DNA of 52,176 nucleotides, filler included, from Perkinsus olseni (Eukaryota): NCBI GenBank assembly GCA_013115125.1. It is 2 parts of 2 records of this genome, joined end to end, with 100 filler letters (N's around TTAATTAATTAA, not from the genome) between each part and the next. Parts side by side here need not be neighbours in the genome. Positions count along the whole stretch, not along the records: positions 1 to 26,055 come from JABANN010000489.1; 1 more part is not named here. One strand, 5' to 3'. Shown piece by piece: positions 12,246 to 23,129 of this stretch (position 1 is its first letter; each line of letters starts with the position of its first letter). The notes under the pieces were generated by a model. It saw only the letters and a program-made list of their open reading frames with translations, ran no database searches and was not told where the DNA came from. The position numbers and the translations under genes were made by a program.

Positions 12246-14528
12246 GCCAACGCTATCAGTTTAAGTACGGCAGCCAACGGAAATCGAAATTCAAGGGCGG
12301 CCAAAAAAATTCTAAATTTAATAAAATAGTAATAAAATGAATATATGAAACTGAGTCGATTTACATAATAATTTCTCATTAACTTGTCCCAGCTAATTGC
12401 CGAAAGAAATGATACACAAATTTCCCGCGTTCAAATTCAAAAAATTTGTTTTTTTTGGGGTCCAAGTTCAATTCCCATTCAAGTACAAAATCGAATTAAC
12501 AAGGTTTTTTCATAATACCATAATTTCCCGGAAACGCTTGTCGCGAGGAGAGGCTAACGAATACCATTGAAAAATGGTACTCCCTTCTATTTGTCATTGT
12601 AGCTCACCACGGAAACTTCTGAATTCCGAACCGCCGTAGTGCTGTGCTTCCGGGTGGCTGAGTGAGCGTGTCATTTGCAATTCCTTTCATCTACCATCTC
12701 AGACGGGTATAATTCCGTGTTGACTCAAAAAATAAATCCCTTCAGCTGTTTTTGAAGAAGGTATCTATAAAACGTTTGTCGTGGTTGTTGAATTCGTTTG
12801 GAGTATGACTTAGACGTCTTCGGGTCTGTAGGGGACTTTTGAGACTGATGACGATCTACGAGGGGTTGCGACTCAGAAATCAGTTATGAATCGGCAGAAC
12901 AGCCCTTGCCCCTTAGCCGCAATTTTAGTACCCGACTAAGTACTCACTATAAGGCTCCCTTACCGACGAACGCCTTCGTCAACAGCTTCCTAGTTATAGA
13001 TCATGCAGGATGGCCGTCGTTGTACTGAGTGACTCACAACGACCAAATTCTGAGCATCTTCGTCATTAGTTAATGTCAAAAAAACGGATTAATCGGTTTT
13101 AAAACCGAATGCTCCACGTTCGTAATATTCATAAGCCATGGGCTGACAGTTTGTTGGCTCATAGTCGGGTGAAGCATCTATTAGTCAGCAAATCCCTTCA
13201 AAGTATCATTATTTCTCTCAGGTATTTGAAATTATCCGCGGTCTTCGAGATCCCGAGCATCCGACCCTGTCATTGGAGCAGCTGAGAGTGGTTACGGCCG
13301 AACAGGTCATATCGGGAAAAAACTTTTTCGCAGAATTTTTGGAAAAATAAAAAATCGTAAAAATATTTTTTGTCATTCCCTTTAACCTTGTCGTTATTTC
13401 GGACAAGCTGGTGTGGTATACGCCTTGGGAATTTCACAATTTTTGCCCAAAATTTTATCGTGAATTTACGTTAAAAATTCGTGGTGGAGTGATTGGGTAA
13501 ATCAAGATTTTACACGGAGGGAAAATTGCGTAAATTGTGGTATGAAGTTAAAGCGCCGGGTCAGATGAAAATATGCAGAAAATTTTTCCGTTGAATTTCC
13601 GTTTCGTCAAGTAGGGAATTCTGTTAATCGTATGTCGTGAATTTGCCGTGAAGTGTATCTTCATAGCGCGAGTGCATGCTGATAGAAATTTCGGAAAAAT
13701 TGGTATGGAACTGAGCTAAACCCATACCAACTTTTCTGAACTGTCCAGTCAGATTTTTTGTAAAATCTGTCCTTTAGAAAAATTTTTCCTCATAATTATT
13801 AACTTTTTGGCACCTTTCTCGAAATATTTCGGGGGTTGTCGTGGAGAGTGTGGTATTAATATATTTTTGTTTGATAAGCATTTTGGCAGATACGCGTCAG
13901 CAAGGGAATTGATGGCATCACGAAAATTGGTGTAGAATTCACGCCAACGGTAACACTATTATGATGTCTAGCGGCAAATCGATCAGGTGATCGATTTAGA
14001 TACCCACATGTTCCGTGGCTACTCTGATTGGTTTGACTATCCGCACGAAGTTGCAAAAGTGCGTTTGTGGGGCCAACGGAGATATTAAGATTAATGTTAA
14101 TATTAAGGAAGGTACTGTTGGGAATATTTCGCGCGCCACGAAATTATCATATACCAACTCCTATCGCAAATCTTTGGGGAAGCTGTTGTTGCTATCGAGA
14201 AATCGAGAGGGTCGGAGGATTTCGCGCGCCGCGAAATTACTGGTCAATTCGGCAGACGTGTGTTTTGATTGTTCATTCTTGACCGCCCGTTGTTCGCCCT
14301 TTTCTGAGGGAATTTTGGTGAACAGAAAAGAAGATCGTCTCGTGCGTCCGGCGAAGGAAATTGTGATTCCGATTTTTTGCGGATTTCTCGTACTTAAATT
14401 AACGTAAAAAGTGGGCTTGCAGGCAGGAGTTGATGTTTAGCATATCTTGGCCGAACTCACGCTGTCGAAATTTTTGGTGATTTTTTTTGAAGAACATTGG
14501 GAATCTCCATAATTTAGTGAACTTTTAG

Positions 14529-17500
14529 GGACGCACGATCAGGAAGAACAGGTTAATAAGCAACTGAATGACAAAGAACGATGTCAAGCTGCGATCGAGA
14601 ATCCCAATTTACAGAAGGTAGTCTTCCATTCTTGCTTACTCTTGCATTTCCTAAACAGCATGCTGCCAGGTGATTCGCCAAGGAATCTTCGAAAGCGATC
14701 CGCCTCTTCCCGATGACCTTCTACTCATACCGGTCAGTTAATGAGCGGAGCGAAGCGAAAAATTCTGCATATTTTCACTCAGTGAGAGTTGTATCGAGTT
14801 TATTCATTAAATGGAGCTGCCGGGAATCGAACCGGGGACCTTCATGGTTGGGTATTCAGTCCGCCAGTCATCTCGAACAACCCGCTGCAGGCGTTCCAGT
14901 TTCCTTCTCCTTGATCGAAAAAATCGATCAGTTGATCGATTTTTATTCGCGCGATTTTCGAGATCCTCGAGGAGCTGGTAAATTTTCTCGATGATAAGGC
15001 GAGCTACGTTGGACGCGGAAGAGCTGAGAGGCGAGAATCAGATGAGAAGAAGGTTGGCAGGGGTATCTTAGCTTGACTCTGGCAGTACTCAAGTAGAAAA
15101 GATACTCTTGTGAAAAATTCGAAGAATCGTTTATTCGCGGTAAAAATTGGTGTCGCTTCCATGTGGATTGCGATGGCTGATAGTAATAGTTCGATGATAA
15201 TATTTTGGAATCTTAGGTTGAAGCGTGCTGTTTTCAGAGCGATGAGCTTGTCGATCGGTGATGATGATGATGAGGAGACTAATCTGGGCTCGCAACGACA
15301 TTCGGAAAGGAAATGTAAACTCGCTCGGGATGGGGGCTGCACCGAATGGGTTTTTCGTTCCTTCCGTGACGGTTGGCGGCCTGAGCAGGAAAGGGTGACT
15401 AAATCTACCAGATAAGGCCTTTATAGTGAGGGATCGATCATCTGCCTCAAGGTGTCGATGAGTAGCGTGATGTGTGTTCGTTGTGAGTTGTGGTGACGTT
15501 GATGTTCCGGGATGAATATTTTTGTGAGCGCTCGGAGCTGGATAAGCGAATTTTGATATTCAGCCGCTTTTTTATCAGTTTCGAATAGGAGGGTTGAGCG
15601 GCTGGCGAGCTCTTCATTATCGAGGTTAATGACTTGCCCTTTGTCACAAGTATTTGTGGTTACGCAAGATGTAAGGAGGAGGGATCGATCCTGGGACCGC
15701 CTGAATGATAAACGTGGATCACAACGATTAGACCATTTCTTCTGTGGCGATGCAGGTGTTGGGTCACGGGGCAACAGCGACGGTAAGAAGAGTTATACAC
15801 AAACGAACTGGAGAAGAGTAAGATACTCGACCTGCCGAATAACGATCGAGTCCTCGCATTTTTTCGTGTCACTCCGCCCGTCGAATCTTGAAGATTTGCA
15901 GATCTGACTTCTCGTGAATGGAATATTCAATCTTCGTTATCCTAATGAAGCTTTTTCATTCCGAGATGAACTTGACCTCCCAGACGACGTTCTTTTGGTT
16001 TCGCTCCGCATTTTGTGTGTGAGGATCAGATTCGCGTTGAAGTCGTTATCGAAGAGGGACTTGACGGCGTGGCAAGAGAAGAATCTATTAAATGAAGTTG
16101 AGATTTTCTTATCAGTCGACCATCCCAATATCTGCCGATTGGCCTACGTATTTGAAGCACCGACTATGGTGAGCTTCCCTGGGATCGAACCGAGGACCTT
16201 TCGGTTCGCAGGTGCATCTGGTTATGGAGCTTTGCCGGGGCCCTGATCTGCATGAGATGATTTATCAGAGGTCGGTGGTTCGAATCCCAGTGGGAGTATT
16301 TCTGTGTAATTTTTGTCTCAGGTTTAATTCTGGTGGCTATTTCTCAGAGCCGGAAGTTGCTGATATCATCGCTCAGGTTCTCTACGCGATCAATTACCTT
16401 CATACGTCCAATATAGTAATCGAAAGGTCCCCGGTTCGATCCCAAGGGATGGCATTTCTATCAGGTCCACCGAGATATCAAGCCAAGTCACTTCATGTTC
16501 ACTTGCGGCTGTCCAGTTATCACAGGTAAGAACCGTCTGGACGAAAAGGAAAAATGCCGCAACCGGGGATCGAACCGGGATCACTTTCATGTGTCTTGCT
16601 CCCCTTTGAGTATCTCCCATTTTTCTCAGATCCACGTCACGTGTATGATTGTCCCGATCGCCGTTTGAAGCTCTTCGACTTCGGCCTGGCCCGACGGATC
16701 GGTTCGAGTAAATCAATGGGAGTAACGCCTCTCCCAGGGATCGAACCCGGGTCATTGGCTAACGCTCTTCAGGGAGGCACGTTGTCGTATATGGCCCCTG
16801 AGTGCTTGGAGATCGAGTGGGAATCTCGGAAACCGCTGCAGAGGCGAGTGAGCGTCTTTGGTGAGGACGACCTGGACGACCAGCAAAACAGCATCGACGC
16901 AGACCAACGGGGAAGCGGGTCAGTTGACACTCGGAAGGTCGCGGGATCGGTTCCTTCGGCTCTCCTGTCGGGGTTCATTCGCTCTCGTGATGCTTCAGCC
17001 GCGTCTCTCGTGTTCAATCGACGGTCAAATTTCCCATTCTCACCACCAATCCTGCTCGTTCTTTTAAACGATGCTCATTCTCGCCATCAAAGCCTGTTAT
17101 TTACTCGGCCAGTAGTCGTGCTTCACCAAAGATTTTCTTCGGCGTCTTCGTTTTAATATTGTTACTTTTCTAGATCGACGGCGATATCTGCGAAGTGCGA
17201 CATTTGGGGCGTCGGTGTTATTTGCCACCTCCTCCTCACCGGAAAGATGCCTTTCGAGTCTCCCAATGTTGGTGACGTACTCCGAGAGATGAGGAAGATT
17301 CGCCGCCAGAGGAGCACGGGGAAGTGGGTCGGGGTGAAATCGATCGCGTGATCGATTTGGGCGTCGGCAGATATCTCAGCGGCGACCGGTTCAACCACCT
17401 CTCGGAAGCTGCAAAGAGTTTTCTGCGAGGGTGCTTGCAAGTGCTCCCATCGGAGCGTTTCAGCGCTCGACAAGCCTTGGACGACCAATGGCTCGCGGAC

Positions 17501-20500
17501 ATGCTGCACAACGAGAAACGGAGGGAGGGGGAAGAAAATGACGGCGGTGAGAGACGCCGGTCGTGAAATATTGACTTCTTTGAATAACTTCTTGACGGAA
17601 TCAGAGCTGGTAACTCAGGATTTATTCTGGAATTAGTGGGATAAGTTCTATCTTCGTCAACAACAAGGAATCCCGGCCCTTGTAAACTGACGACAAAAAA
17701 TATTGGAAATTCTGGGTTGCTTACATTCTCTTTGATCAACAATCTTCCGAAGTATCTTGTTCAATCGTCCGAATTCGGGCCCTCCTTAAGGGACTTTCGA
17801 GGTGGGAGCGGTTGCTCATAAAAGTCGCAATTCTCTTTCTCTCTTCCTCAGCCGCCGAAGTCCTTCCTTGGGATGTGCTGGAAAGTATGCGGCGGTACGC
17901 AGTGGCTAATTCATTGAGAAAGGCAGCGTTGAATATGGTGGCGTCGGGGTTGACCTCGCGAGAAGTGGGTAACCGGAAGGTTGTGGGTTCGATTATAAAC
18001 TCCCTCGCAAAATAATACAACATACCAATTTCTCCCATTTCTCAGAAATTGGACAGGATCTGAGCCACGGTAGTTGCAGAGAAATTTTTCTGAAACTCCC
18101 GAGGAACACAAATGGAATAGCGTTGATTCGATACTCACTCGTCTAAGTGAATCTTCCGAAAACCGCTTTTTTCGGGCGCTCGAAAAATAGAACATTATAT
18201 TGAACGACTAATTAACGATTAATCGACTATTGCCAATGGTCTATTGGCATATGTCTTGAATCAACGCCATCGCTCCGCATTCGCAGGAAATCAGGGGTCG
18301 CCTACCGAACGGCGAGGCTTAATATACCCATAGTGAGGTTCCCAGCTGCCACGGTGTATCCAGGCAAGTCGCTAGCAGGATACGTGCGATAGCACTCGAA
18401 GCCGGCTCCCCAGGCCGAAGAGGCTCCGTAGGCCCATGGCCGCGAGTCGGTATCGTCCGATAGGCACAAACTGCGCAATATAAGAGTTTCCGAAGATCAT
18501 TGACGCCACGAGCTTCCAGCTTGATGAATGTTGAAAAGCTGAGCGTGTTCCCGTAGGCTGTAATACGTATCTTGACTGCATATGTGAAGGAAGCTCAAAG
18601 ATGAACTCCGGCCCACTTTGCTCATAAGGCTCCCCGAATAAATTTTGAGCAATTGCTCGCCGAGAGGATTCTTCTGGACGAAAAGCGATTTCATTTCCGT
18701 CGGATGTCCCACTGCATCATTGTATAATTTCCGGGTAAGAAAAACCAGCTTCGTCCTAGAGAGCATCCGATGGTGGGTCTATCATGATCTGGATCGCGAT
18801 GGCCGGATATCGTGGAGTTGCCGTGGTGGGAGTGGGGGTGCTTGCCGCCCTCGGGCGCGATATCGAAATCTCCGGCGACAGTGAGGATACCGACCAAAGC
18901 TCCTAGGAAGCAATTTCTCGGCAATTCTGACTTCTTCTAGCTGCTGTATTCACCAAGGCAGAGACGAAATCGGCTGCGCATCATCAAAGGTTTCCGTGCT
19001 GAGGCGCCGGTCGTGTCGCTGAAGCAATGGACTCACTTTGTGAAAACGACTCTACAGGACAGGGAGTCGTGCCGCCCGGAAGAGGTCTTGCAGAAGTAAG
19101 ATTAGATTTGCTCAACCAAGATGGGGCTGATGACGTTATGTGGGAGCCGTTCATATCGGTAATGATGAGGAATGAAGTTGAGTTGGCCAGCATTGGCCAG
19201 CTGTTGCAGGCGGATACCCGGGATGCGGCTCGATGTCTCTGCAGCATCGCAGCCGTTTTCATTCTACAAAGAGTAGCGGATGGGTGTACGTCGATGGCCG
19301 TACAGATGCGCACTCCTGCGCGATGACCATACAACGAACAATATATTGTATTATGATATGCGTATATAGTGAAGCAAAGCCTGCGTGCTATCGGGGTCAA
19401 GTGCCGAGGCAACTCTCCTGCCATGCCCGATGCTTCATCCTTGAATAGTTCCGATTGATTGATGAGGATTCCGTCTTCTGTATTCCCAACCTGGGCAGCG
19501 AAATTGCGTTGAAAATGAACCTTTCATTATGAACGTCAAACAACCAGAAGAAGTCAGACTGATTCCTCGGGTGAAGTCGCTCGGGGTCCCTCCCTTTCTT
19601 GTTACTTTTCCTCTCCCTCCTTCCTGGAAGGAAGGAGGGAGAGGAAACACATCCTCTCTGATACCCGTTTGGATCTTAATGCTGCCGGCCGCGTGCAGCT
19701 CACAAATCTAGCATGTTTCAAATATGTTATCCATTGGTATTTTTCCGCAGGTTCATGATTTGGAAAAAACCTTCGTGAAGATTGATGTCGACCATGATGG
19801 TGTGATACAGTTCTCGGAGCTCCTCAGAGTCATTGCTCCAACGGACAGGAAGGACATGCAATCGGTTTTTCGGATGCTGGGAAAAAGTACAGGTAGCGGA
19901 AAAGGGCAGGTGAGTCAGTCAGCCCTCCAAAGGTCGTGAGATCTATTCCCAGCAGCGGCGTTTTAGATTGTGGACGATGAGGATGATTTTGAAGTCGAGT
20001 ATTCACAATTCTTAGCTGCAGCCGTACATATGCGGTCTGAAATGTTCCGAGACAGAATGCGGGAGATCTTTGGAAGGTTCGACATCGACGGCAACGGCAC
20101 GATCTCGGAAGACGAGCTCAAGTAGGCATCTTCGCCGGGAAGATTCACGCTCCCGCACCAGCGGGATGGTTAACCGCTGTCTCAAAACTCACAAAATTGA
20201 ATCTTCACTTGCTGAGTTGTAGGCGACCAGTCGGACCAGCCTGGTTTTGCCGATAGATATCGAATAGGGGACGCCAGTCGGGAGTTGGAGGCCGCGCGGC
20301 GGTACTTACGGACAATGCGTGAAGCCAGGGCGTTTGAAAGGACAGATCGTCGCTTGAAAATCCGAGATTTTTGCTCTCTCGTGCCTATCGGTAGCGACTC
20401 TCTGCAGGACCATTCTCTCGCATAGCCCTTCGACTGGCGACGATTTGGATGCCGAAGTTGCCGATCTCCTGGCTAAATTCGACAAGGACGGCAACGGTGT

Positions 20501-20609
20501 GATAGACTACGAGGAGTTCTTGGCCGCGATGGACGACGATGAGGGCAGCCGAGACAAGACTTGGGTTTGGGCTCAGCGGCATGAGATTCATAGCGTAGGG
20601 GACGCGTAG
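14529..20609 (+). CDS. Calcium-dependent protein kinase (kinase domain + autoinhibitory junction + EF-hands), many exons; N-terminus uncertain (possibly ATG 11840)
   Basis: Spliced motifs: [10 protein letters not shown] (15756-), [53 protein letters not shown], junction [14 protein letters not shown]-hands [24 protein letters not shown] and [12 protein letters not shown]. Frame-preserving introns 15818-16029, 16169-16211, 16271-16321, 16416-16464, 16526-16629, 16722-16772, 17324-17370, 17965-19750, 20122-20407. Confidence 0.9.
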
Positions 20610-21761
20610 ACGCGGAATGATCAGTCATCGTCAGTGATGGTTCGGTACACTGATGTAGCATGTCCTGTAGCATGGACAAGTATGGACTTGTCGACTCACA
20701 CCGAGTGCCTTATTTTTCTGATCTGTCGATAATAATATGAACTTCATATTGATAAATCAGTCAGCAGGAATTTTACTGAAAATTCACGATTTTTGATCCG
20801 GCGCGTTAGAGTACATCTAATGGGAGTATCTGAATCTGTAGGAGGGGTTGGCGAGCGTGACTGATGTCAGTTGAGTCGGAAAGACAGTCAATCCTTCCAG
20901 TCAACCCGAGGCTGGCTAGAGGGTTGCCATAAGGAATCCTCGAGCACCACACTCGTAGTGGAATGGGGTTGATCGCACTGGCTCCCTTCAGGCTCCCCTG
21001 CTGGACAAACACAGTCCCTATGTCGGTACCTTCGCCCATGCCCCGGGAGTGTCACCGATCTCAAGACGATCCTCGTCTGTGGGGGAGCTCTCACCGAGGC
21101 GGAAGGCTTCGAGCCCGAGTCCAACGGTAACGCTGTCGGCTAAGTTTTAGCTTCCCTAGTGACCGTTAATTTCAGGCTACCGTTCGTCCAGTACGCCCCT
21201 TCCCCAAACCTGCGTCGTCTCTGGTTACCTGCTGTGAACGAGGCGGCTGTGTTGTGATGTGATTACATTTGACTGCTTTCTTAATTTATTGTACTTTGAT
21301 GAATTTGCTTGACAGTTGAGTTCGTCGAGTCACTGAAGTGTAGTGGGGTGCCTGTGAGGGTCGAGCAGACGGTAAATCGTACTGAGCTGAAAGCTACCCG
21401 ATACGCCGCGTATCAGCCGAGACCCGAACTCTCACGACGCCGTGCTCAACATTGGACGTTGTTTTCCGCTCAAACTCGTCCTCGCACCACCTCGACTTTT
21501 CGTCTTAATCATCGCTTTCGAATCTGTTAGTAGTAGCACCCACAGTGGCTGACTCATCACCTGGGAGGAACATAATGACTGAGTATAATGGCAAGCAAAG
21601 CTTCTTCTGCTGTCCACTCCACCCGATGGGCTACGACCGTTACATGCAGCGATTAATGAGCGACGGAGATCCGTGCGTACGCGTGCGAAGAGAATCGTCG
21701 GTGCCAATGCGTTCAACGAGTTGATGTTTCCCGTTGTCAACGGGACGCGTCATGTCCGGTT

Positions 21762-21906
21762 CGCGAAGAGACTGGCTGATTGAGAACACAACACCCACGG
21801 TTTTGCCGAAGGGAATCCAATCTCTCATCTGCTGTCTTCATATCATCCGCCACTTGGGTGCAGCTTATCGTCTTATCGTCGCAAGATAGGATCAGCGACA
21901 TGGACA
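21762..21906 (-). mobile_element. Diverged solo LTR of the TRIM family
   Basis: Reverse complement is collinear with 26992-27144 (TCGCTGATCCTATCTTGC...GCGGATGATA...GATTGGATTCC...GGTGTTGTGTTCTCAATCAGCCAGTCTCTTC). Confidence 0.8.
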
Positions 21907-23129
21907 TTTTGCGATTTTGTCCCCCTTGCCAGCAGGCTGGTGCCCTGAGCAGCAGCTAGGGTCGTCAGATGCTCGATAACGGCTCGAGCGGACGTTGAGC
22001 TTTTATCGGCATTACTCGCTGAGTCAGTGACTGTAGTTAGTGCAATGGTGGGTAGTGCGGCACTACTAGTGCCCACGTTTCGAGCCCAGAACCGGCATAT
22101 TCAGCCGACTTTATGTGCTGTATCGACCAGCCTGTCTACCGCAGAGAGGAGACATCGCTTCCCGAGGTTGAAACGCGACTAGAAAGTGGCTCTTGGGTGG
22201 CAGGGTTCTGCGGTCCGTAGACTGCGACGAGAATGGCGGTTCCGCGTCAGGACGACCGGCACCCTGAACTATGGTACCTCCTCGAGGACGCAAGGGCTCT
22301 GAGAGTTCTAGGCAAACAACGCTAGCTAGATCAATGCAGGGACTCTCGGAATTAGTTTCCTGCAGTACCGCAGGTACTGCAGGTGCAATTTTGAATCAGC
22401 TCCCTTCATTGTCGTCTTTGATGTGGAAGCCTCGTTGTGGTTCCCGCATGAGATCTCTGGACAAAGCTGCACCGGTGTGCTCTGCATCCGCAGGGTCAGG
22501 TCCCGCGCACAGGAAGACTAGCGTCCCGCCGCGACGCGGTCTGCGGTGCGGAGAGGCTCCAGAATTGCTCTTCAACCTCAGCTTAGCCAAAGCTTGCAAA
22601 TTTGGGTCTAATGTGAGAAGGCCCTCGTTGGTCCTCGAAAGGGAACCTGAGAGGACCACTATGCAGGATGGAGCTGCTAAGAGCCACTACGAGTTCGATG
22701 ATGAATTCACGACCAGTGAAGGTTCGGAGAATCACCTGTTTTGTCAAGAAAGCCTCGTCCGACACTCCAGGACTTCGAGGCAGTCTCTGTAATTTCTGTA
22801 AGTTCTACTTATCCACGGGAGTTGGCTCCCTTTGGTCCCCCTGTTGGCCCGCTATGGCTCAATGCGGTGATTTATGTGATTGTTGCCACTAGCGGATATA
22901 AATGATTCTGACAACTCCCTCATTGGTTATCTGTTCGAAAGGTACCCCTACACCACTTGTTACGTTCTCATGATATTCTTCGCCAGCCGTCTGTTGACCG
23001 TCAGCATTTACTCTTTTAAGCCGGTCACCTTGTGACACGACACATTGAGATTAAGTCCGAAACTTGTGTGATTTTCCCCCTCATTCTTGTCCCTTTATTC
23101 ATTTTGTTATCAGACCAGTCTAGACGAAC

